Shown in pieces: positions 25,841 to 32,000 of a stretch of 32,000 bases of DNA. The first letter of the stretch is position 1. Each line of letters begins with the position of its first letter. The position numbers and the translations under genes are program-made. Below the pieces are notes generated by a model. That model was not told where the DNA came from, ran no database searches, and worked only from the letters and a program-made list of their open reading frames with translations. This stretch comes from Nostoc sp. PCC 7120 = FACHB-418 (GTDB lineage Bacteria; Cyanobacteriota; Cyanobacteriia; Cyanobacteriales; Nostocaceae), in assembly GCF_000009705.1 (NCBI RefSeq), contig NC_003272.1:1350001-1382000 (forward strand), written 5' to 3'.

Positions 25841-26557
25841 TCAATCTAAATCGAACAGCAATAATTCTGTACCGATGCTAGTGCTGATTTTCAGTTGCTC
25901 TTCTCCGTTGATTTGTACGCCATCACCTGCTCTGAGTTCTGTACCATTTAAGGTTACGACACCTTGAGCAATTTGCAACCAAGCATAGCGATCGCCTTTT
26001 ACGTGATAATTGACTACATCACCTGGTTCTAAAATAGAGGCGTAGATATCAACATTTTGGTGAATAGTGACAGCACCATCACGTCCATCTTTAGCAGCTA
26101 CAAGACGCAGTTGACCGCGTTTTTCTTCTGGGGTAAAAGCTTTCTGTTCGTATCTGGGTGCTAATCCTTTTTCGTCAGGTAAAATCCAGATTTGCAGTAA
26201 ATGTAATGGTTCGGTACGTGAGTGATTAAATTCACTATGTTGAATCCCCTTACCAGCACTCATAATCTGCACATCACCAGGACGAATAACTGAACCAGTA
26301 CCCAAACTGTCTTTATGTTCTACTGCACCAGAGAGTACATAAGTGAGAATTTCCATATCACGATGTCCATGAGTGGGAAATCCTGCACCAGGTGCAATGC
26401 GGTCATCGTTAATTACTCGTAAGGAACGGAATCCCATCCGGTTGGGATCATAAAAACTGCTGAAGGAAAATGTATGATAACTATCAAGCCAACCTGTTTG
26501 ACTACGACCGCGTGCATTTCTATCATGAATTAGATGGTTGATTGTATTTTTAGACAT
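25841..26557 (-). CDS. Pirin-family bicupin protein (YhhW / quercetinase-like)
   Basis: [28 protein letters not shown] is the pirin N-terminal cupin metal motif. At 238 aa the length is typical. Confidence 0.85.
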   Translation of the reverse strand: MSKNTINHLIHDRNARGRSQTGWLDSYHTFSFSSFYDPNRMGFRSLRVINDDRIAPGAGFPTHGHRDMEILTYVLSGAVEHKDSLGTGSVIRPGDVQIMSAGKGIQHSEFNHSRTEPLHLLQIWILPDEKGLAPRYEQKAFTPEEKRGQLRLVAAKDGRDGAVTIHQNVDIYASILEPGDVVNYHVKGDRYAWLQIAQGVVTLNGTELRAGDGVQINGEEQLKISTSIGTELLLFDLD

Positions 26558-26715
26558 AGGTTTACCTCATTGATTGGTGATTTTCAATTGGTTGTATAAG
26601 AGATTATTTTTTTGTTTTTAATTTGGCAAAAAGAAATCTTTACAATACATTTTTGTTTTTTATAATTGACTTATTGAACTATTTAAATAGTAAGGTATGG
26701 CAATATAAAATGAAA

Positions 26716-26740
26716 AGTACGCACTAAAAAGTGGCGTACT
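26716..26740 (-). terminator. Candidate intrinsic terminator of dps
   Basis: agtacgcac and gtggcgtact form a stem with one bulge and the loop taaaaa. On the minus strand the stem is followed by uuuucauuuuau. Confidence 0.5.
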
Positions 26741-26789
26741 TACCAAAAAGATACTATGAAATTGCAATTATAGAGATTCCCAAAAAAGT

Positions 26790-27356
26790 TTATCTAACAG
26801 CAGCTGGCTGTTGAATTTTCTTAGCGATTGCACCATTTTCTTCTTTAACAGTTGCTGCTTGTAGATGCGCGTCTAGGAACCACAGTCGCTTGTCAATGGT
26901 GCGGGAGATTTCGGTATAAAGGTCTGCGGTGTCAGCATCACCTAAATCATCAGTTTTAGCGATCGCTTCGCGGATATGCTTGGCGTAGGGTGCATATCGG
27001 TCTGCTAAAGCTGCTACGTACTCCTGACTATCCAAAATATCAAAGGGAAATTCTGGCAAAATTGAATTTTTTGCGGCGGCGCGTGCTGTTCCCACGGCAT
27101 ATCCACCCAAAGCAGTTACCCTTTCAGCAACAAGGTCAACAAACTCTTCTAATTCGCCAGCAAGTTCGTCGAACAATTCATGTAACTGATAGAAATCAGT
27201 ACCTTTAACATTCCAATGGGCTTGTTTTGCCTGAGTTTTTAAGTCCAGAGTGGCCGCTAAAGTTTGATTGAGGATAGCAACAATTTGCACCCGTTTTTCT
27301 GCTGGAATATCAATGCGGGTGGGATAGAGACGTGATGACAGAGTATTATCACTCAT
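26790..27356 (-). CDS. dps: Dps-family DNA-protecting ferritin-like protein
   Basis: QAKQAHWNVKGTDFYQLHELFDE and DLVAERV..LGG are the ferroxidase-centre motifs of Dps. Confidence 0.88.
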   Translation of the reverse strand: MSDNTLSSRLYPTRIDIPAEKRVQIVAILNQTLAATLDLKTQAKQAHWNVKGTDFYQLHELFDELAGELEEFVDLVAERVTALGGYAVGTARAAAKNSILPEFPFDILDSQEYVAALADRYAPYAKHIREAIAKTDDLGDADTADLYTEISRTIDKRLWFLDAHLQAATVKEENGAIAKKIQQPAAVR

Positions 27357-27371
27357 GATTCTACCTAATGG

Positions 27372-27474
27372 CTTGTGCGAATTAACTCTCTAGATAGTAG
27401 GATTAAGTGCCTCTTGTGCGTAACTCTCTAGCGATAGATAACATTGATCTTAGACATGGATGCCAGCGATAGAT
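27372..27474. promoter_or_regulatory. Direct-repeat cluster in the dps 5' region (candidate operator or UTR element)
   Basis: cttgtgcgaattaactctctagatag (27372-27397) repeats as cttgtgcgtaactctctagcgatag (27413-27437). agcgatagat occurs twice (27430-27439 and 27465-27474). The cluster lies 16-118 nt upstream of the dps start codon. Confidence 0.3.
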
Positions 27475-27767
27475 GCAGAAAAATGGTGAATACGCTATCC
27501 TAAAACTGTTTTTCGCTACAAATTGGTATTCAGATTATTTTCTCTGCTCAACGTGATAACAGAGGGTTAACCGGACTTGATATTAGATATCTTTTGTCTT
27601 CTCTATGCAGCTGCTTGATAATTGTCCTGTCGCAGCTAACAAAAGGGGTAAATAAATATGGGCAGCAAATGTGGGTAAGGTTGTTTTGTATGCACAAATA
27701 ACAGCTTACTTACGTGATTTAGAGCCTATATTCGCTATGTAAATATACTTTACTACATCCAAAAACT

Positions 27768-28481
27768 ATGGATTTATCAAACTTTACTACACTGCAAAAC
27801 TTAGAAGCTGCCTTTGGTGGTGAATCGATGGCAAATCGTAAGTATTTATTTTTTGCCGAAGTAGCCCGTAAGTTGGGATTTACAGATTTAGCTAAACTAT
27901 TTCGTGAAACAGCAGAGCAAGAAACAGAACACGCTTTTGCCCATTTTGAGTTGCTACATCCCGAATTGGTTGTAGAAAATCCCTCTGCCTTAACTGACGA
28001 ACAAAAGCGAGAAATTGTCTCTCGGTGTTTATCTTTGGCTATTGAAGGCGAAACCTACGAGTACACTACAATGTATCCAGATTTTGCCGCATCTGCCCAA
28101 AGCGATCGCGATCATCCGGCGGCGGAAGAATTTCTCAAACAAGCGCAAGAATCTAGCGAACACGCCAGCACTTTCCGTGAAGCTGCACATCGCTTTGGTT
28201 TATTGAAGTTTATCGAAAATTACCACGCGGATCGCTACACTGAAGCATTAGAAGTATTAAATGGTGGACAACCTGTTACCAGAGTGGCCGGCGAAGATCC
28301 CAGCACTCGCAAATGGATTTGCAGACAATGCAGCATGATTTATGATCCTGTTGCTGGTGATCCCGATTCTGGTATTGCGCCAGGTACACCATTTGAAGAT
28401 ATCCCTAATGATTGGCAATGTCCGATTTGTGGTGCTACCAAAAAGACTTTTAAACTACTTGAGGAAAAAATTGCTGCTTAG
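27768..28481 (+). CDS. rbr: Rubrerythrin (N-terminal di-iron ferritin-like domain plus C-terminal full rubredoxin domain)
   Basis: E-x-x-H di-iron motifs (EQETEHAF, ESSEHAS). The rubredoxin-like C-terminus reads WICRQCSMIYDP..DWQCPICGATK, with two CxxC pairs. Confidence 0.85.
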   Translation: MDLSNFTTLQNLEAAFGGESMANRKYLFFAEVARKLGFTDLAKLFRETAEQETEHAFAHFELLHPELVVENPSALTDEQKREIVSRCLSLAIEGETYEYTTMYPDFAASAQSDRDHPAAEEFLKQAQESSEHASTFREAAHRFGLLKFIENYHADRYTEALEVLNGGQPVTRVAGEDPSTRKWICRQCSMIYDPVAGDPDSGIAPGTPFEDIPNDWQCPICGATKKTFKLLEEKIAA

Positions 28482-28533
28482 AGATATAGCAGAAAATATC
28501 ACGTTCTTTTGAACACTCAGTAATAAAGTAATC

Positions 28534-28567
28534 TTGGTAATTGGTCATCTTCAAAACCAATTACCAA
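28534..28567. terminator. Perfect 12-bp hairpin between convergent genes (candidate bidirectional terminator)
   Basis: ttggtaattggt (28534-28545) pairs with accaattaccaa (28556-28567) around a 10-nt loop. There is no strong U-tract on either side. Confidence 0.45.
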
Positions 28568-28590
28568 TGAGCTATTACCTGTACTCGATA

Positions 28591-31233
28591 TTACAGAGTA
28601 GCGTGTTTTTTTTCACCTTGAAGGATTTCTGTTGCTTTTTCAGCAGAAAGAGGCTTATGGAACAAGAAACCTTGGACATCCTGACAGTTAATTGATTTTA
28701 AAAAATCAAGTTCTTCCTGTTTTTCTACCCCTTCAGCAGTTAGCCTCAAACCTAAACTTCTGCCCAAAGTCACGATCGCCTTAACTATATGTGCTACTTT
28801 GCTATCTGTGGTCAGTGCTTTGATGAAAGACCCATCAATTTTTAGATTGTGGAGTGGTAAAAGCTGTAACCGGGATAAGGAAGAATGACCAGTACCAAAG
28901 TCATCAATGGCAATATCAACACCCATCTGCTGTAAATTTTCTAACACACTCCTAGTAAAATCAATATCCTCAATAGCTGTTGATTCCGTAATTTCTAATT
29001 CTAAAAACTCTGGTGCTAGCCCTGTTTCGGCTAAAATTGCCGAGACAAGTTCTAGCAAAGTGGGTTGACGGAACTGTTTGGGAGAAAGGTTAACAGCCAT
29101 TTGCACAGGAGGTAATCCAGCTTCTTGCCAAGCTCGGTTTTGCATACAGGCTGTGCGTAATACCCATTCACCAATAGGAATAATTAACCCAGTTTCCTCA
29201 GCAATGGGAATAAAAATACTCGGTGCTACTATCCCCATCTCTGGATGTTGCCAACGTAACAATGCTTCCATACCAGTAATTTGTCCGGTGAGGATATTAA
29301 CGCGGGGTTGATAGTAAACTTTTAATTCTTGCTTTTCTAAGGCATAACGCAGACTTTTTTCTAAAGTTAGCAGTTCTGGGGTTTTACCACTTAAGCTAGT
29401 GGTGTAAAACTGATAGTTATTTCTCCCCTCATCTTTGGCATGATACAAGGCTGCATCCGCGTGTTTAATTAGAGCTTCTGCGTCTGGACTATGGTGGTCT
29501 AGTAAGGCTATGCCAAGACTAGCACTCACGTAAAGTTCATGCCCATCCAGATGGAAAACTTCTTCTAAAGCTTTGAGAATCCTGCAAGCTGCCTGGGTGA
29601 CTTCTTCTATATAACTTATGTGGGGCAGAAGAATTGTAAATTCATCACCTCCCCAACGAGAAACCGTGTCTCCACTTCTAAGACAGTCACGCAATCTTTG
29701 AGCGACACTTTGTAATAAGCGATCGCCTAAGGTATGACCCAGAGTATCATTGATGACTTTGAAGCGATCCAGGTCGAGAAACATGACCGCTAAACTCTCT
29801 TGACTGCGCGATGCGTTAGCTAAAGCTTTAGCCAGTAATTCATTAAAGAGTAAGCGATTGGGTAATCCTGTCAGCAAATCATGTAGGGCTTGGTAGCGAA
29901 TTTTTTCTTCCACTTGTTGACGTTGCCAAGCACCACTAATACTAGCTGCCATTGTCAAAAGTGTAGACTCTTCATGCCTTGACCAGTAACGCTCTTGAGT
30001 GCAATCGGCTAAACCAAGGTAGCCCCAAAACTGATCTTCTAGTCCCAGAGGTACTAACAATAGAGACTGAATCCCCTGCCTTTCCAGAAGTTCGCGTTCA
30101 GCCACTGGCAATTTTCGCCTCAGTTCATTGATGGATTTACCACTAGATAAAACACTGTACCAACGTGATAATTCTGTAGACTGATAAAGCTGATTTTGCC
30201 AATCTTGAATAGAAGGCTGGAGGTCGGAGCCATACCATTCAAATTGTAAGCTTACTGCCCTTTTTCCCGTAATGGGATGAGGATGGTTTTTAAATAAATA
30301 AGCTCGATCTGCCTGGGCGGCTTCACCCACCACAGCTAAAGCTTTTTCAATAGCAGTATCATAATTCATTTCCACAACTAACCAATTAGCTGCTTCTGCT
30401 ACTGCCTGTAACAGGCGATCGCGCTGATGTAGTTCGGCTTCAGCCTGTTTTTGTTCAGTAACATCACGTATAATATACGTTCTAATTAGATCACTTTCTG
30501 GTAAATTATGGACTGATTGCTCATAAACTGCATGACCAACTGTCACTTCTCGGACAAAAGGATTGATTTTGGGATTTTCAGCAATATTCAGAATATCTTT
30601 CAAAATCGGATGCTGCTTACCCAATTCTCGCAAATCTGGAAATTTCACAGATGCAGCTGGGTTGATATATGTGACTCTTCCCTCTAAATCTGTCTCAATA
30701 ATTGGATTGGGAATCAGTTCTGGGAACGATGCTAAACGAGCTAAGGCCGTCTCACTAGCACCTTCAAACTCAGGATCAACAACTAAAGTTTGAAAAGGAT
30801 TAACAGGTTGGGATAGCTCAGATAAAAATGTTGATAAGTCTTCAACGTCGGCAGATGCAAAAAAAGCTTTTTCGGAAATGTTGGAAATAGCATAATATTT
30901 AGCTTGAGCTTGATGGCTACCAAAGTTGATCACATCCCCGTGCCTGAGATTGTGGGAAAAGCATCTAGTCCCATTTACAAGTAAGCCATTAGTGCTTCCC
31001 TGTCCTTTGAAGTTACCATCAATGATCCGAAAACTACATTGGTCAGTCTCAGGAAGCGTTACCCGCAGTAAAATGGCGTGTTGTCTGGATACTGACCGAG
31101 AATGGAGAACAATCGCATTACTGGTATGCCGTCCAATAGAATAAGTGGCCTCCTGCAATGGTATGGTGCGCTGTCCTTGCAAGTCTTGGACAACTAGTAT
31201 GTGGCGTATTTTCTCCCACTCGTTGCCTGGCAT
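28591..31233 (-). CDS. FHA-PAS-GAF-GGDEF-EAL multidomain c-di-GMP turnover protein
   Basis: The N-terminal FHA domain has YSIGRH..VSRQHAIL..STNGLLVNG. The GGDEF motif is intact (WGGDEFT, codons at 29638-29652). The EAL motif is intact (MEALLRW at 29260-29268, plus DDFGTGHSSL). The PAS and GAF-like regions lie between the FHA and GGDEF domains. Confidence 0.88.
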   Translation of the reverse strand: MPGNEWEKIRHILVVQDLQGQRTIPLQEATYSIGRHTSNAIVLHSRSVSRQHAILLRVTLPETDQCSFRIIDGNFKGQGSTNGLLVNGTRCFSHNLRHGDVINFGSHQAQAKYYAISNISEKAFFASADVEDLSTFLSELSQPVNPFQTLVVDPEFEGASETALARLASFPELIPNPIIETDLEGRVTYINPAASVKFPDLRELGKQHPILKDILNIAENPKINPFVREVTVGHAVYEQSVHNLPESDLIRTYIIRDVTEQKQAEAELHQRDRLLQAVAEAANWLVVEMNYDTAIEKALAVVGEAAQADRAYLFKNHPHPITGKRAVSLQFEWYGSDLQPSIQDWQNQLYQSTELSRWYSVLSSGKSINELRRKLPVAERELLERQGIQSLLLVPLGLEDQFWGYLGLADCTQERYWSRHEESTLLTMAASISGAWQRQQVEEKIRYQALHDLLTGLPNRLLFNELLAKALANASRSQESLAVMFLDLDRFKVINDTLGHTLGDRLLQSVAQRLRDCLRSGDTVSRWGGDEFTILLPHISYIEEVTQAACRILKALEEVFHLDGHELYVSASLGIALLDHHSPDAEALIKHADAALYHAKDEGRNNYQFYTTSLSGKTPELLTLEKSLRYALEKQELKVYYQPRVNILTGQITGMEALLRWQHPEMGIVAPSIFIPIAEETGLIIPIGEWVLRTACMQNRAWQEAGLPPVQMAVNLSPKQFRQPTLLELVSAILAETGLAPEFLELEITESTAIEDIDFTRSVLENLQQMGVDIAIDDFGTGHSSLSRLQLLPLHNLKIDGSFIKALTTDSKVAHIVKAIVTLGRSLGLRLTAEGVEKQEELDFLKSINCQDVQGFLFHKPLSAEKATEILQGEKKHATL

Positions 31234-31562
31234 TATTCTTTCTCAAATCCTCAAATATTTTGAATATACAGTTGAAATATATCAATTAGACTTCACTATT
31301 TATAACAGCCATTCTTGCCAATGCACATCAATTAATTATTCAGCTTTCTCAATGCCAAAATTTTCTCAGATCACAAATGGATGGCACAAGTTGAAAACTT
31401 GTGAGAGTGGTTGCTTGTTTTTATATTTCATTCACCGAATACAATGATTATCACTGGTTATCATGGAATAATATTATACATGATTTCTTTATGGAACTTT
31501 TTGCCAAATGTTGATTATAAATAATCACAATAAACCTTTGAGGGTCAATATATCTTGCGTTT

Positions 31563-31594
31563 AATTACGCAATTTGTGTAAAAATTGCGTAATT
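31563..31594. promoter_or_regulatory. Perfect 13-bp inverted repeat (aattacgcaattt N6 aaattgcgtaatt), candidate operator
   Basis: Arms at 31563-31575 and 31582-31594 are exact reverse complements. The site is about 330 nt upstream of the FHA-GGDEF-EAL start. A second palindrome, tgattat-aa-ataatca, sits at 31512-31527. Confidence 0.3.
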
Positions 31595-31850
31595 TATATA
31601 CCAATTTTTAGAGCGATCGCTGCACATAGAGTTCCTCTGTTGTGCTACCCCTGTTAAGGTGTACTAGAAAAAGAACTAATAAAAGGCTAAAACTCTTGCG
31701 GTACAAGTAAATATACCAATAGTAATCAAAAAACAGGAAAAAATAACCAACAATTCGTGGAAAGTTAAACATGGGATTATAGGTTGATCAGATAACGATA
31801 ATTGATGGGTGCTGTGTCATGCTGAGTTCAATTTTCGATTCAAACACCCT

Positions 31851-32000
31851 CTAAAGCCAATTACCTACCAATACAAATGCTGACCAATAAAAAGGATGTT
31901 GGAAATCAGCGTTTTGCAAAAAAGTTAGTTGAGTTTGTCGTAATGCTTCTGCTTTGCTAATACCCGGCTGTCTGAGGTGTTTATAAAATTCCACCATAAA
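31851..32000 (-). CDS. C-terminal end of a CHAT-domain (caspase-like) protein, truncated by the window edge
   Basis: This ORF is not in the track because it is under 60 aa. The minus-strand translation is FMVEFYKHLRQPGISKAEALRQTQLTFLQNADFQHPFYWSAFVLVGNWL*. The ending AEALRQ.QL..L....HP[FY]YW[AS]AF.L.GNW is the characteristic C-terminal signature of CHAT proteins. Confidence 0.6.
   Translation of the reverse strand, partial: FMVEFYKHLRQPGISKAEALRQTQLTFLQNADFQHPFYWSAFVLVGNWL

Noticed and set aside
25599-25967. ORF 25599..25967 (+), 122 aa
   Set aside because: It uses a TTG start, crosses a palindromic repeat element and then runs antisense into the pirin gene. The translation is low complexity.
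27608-27630. Fur/PerR box in the dps-rbr spacer (ttgataattgtcc)
   Set aside because: It resembles only about one half-site of the Fur consensus in AT-rich DNA. It is mentioned in a finding but is too weak to annotate as a binding site.
31145-31447. ORF 31145..31447 (+), 100 aa
   Set aside because: It begins antisense to the 5' end of the FHA-GGDEF-EAL gene and continues into AT-rich promoter DNA, with no motif support.

Overview
The window looks like chromosomal DNA from a filamentous, Nostocales-type cyanobacterium. By eye I counted at least 24 copies of the HIP1 octamer GCGATCGC. Several intergenic stretches carry 7-nt-periodic (STRR-like) tandem tracts. The gene content is mostly housekeeping or stress related: trpD, carA, a STAS anti-sigma antagonist, mrnC-rlmB, queF, an SRP RNA absent from the ORF track, a YciI-like protein, a 2H phosphoesterase, an OmpR/HK two-component pair, pirin, dps, rubrerythrin and an FHA-PAS-GAF-GGDEF-EAL protein. 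I support about 31 CDS, 1 ncRNA, 1 IS200/IS605-type tnpB-only element, several repeat tracts and a few hairpin terminators or candidate operators. I saw no tRNA, rRNA or CRISPR array. The best candidate for an uncharacterised system is at the left edge (1-4940). It is a 1128-aa protein with a complete Hsp70-type nucleotide-binding domain but unrecognisable N- and C-terminal domains, flanked on the same strand by two proteins I cannot assign. Four other items deserve a second look. One is a solo TnpB with an intact RuvC triad and matched subterminal hairpins. Another is a translationally coupled PLP-enzyme/exporter pair divergent from the two-component system. The third is a small acidic protein with a Cys/His motif, next to a phasin-like gene. 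The fourth is an AT-rich orphan Dam-class methyltransferase. All functional calls come from motif recognition by eye; no database search was run.
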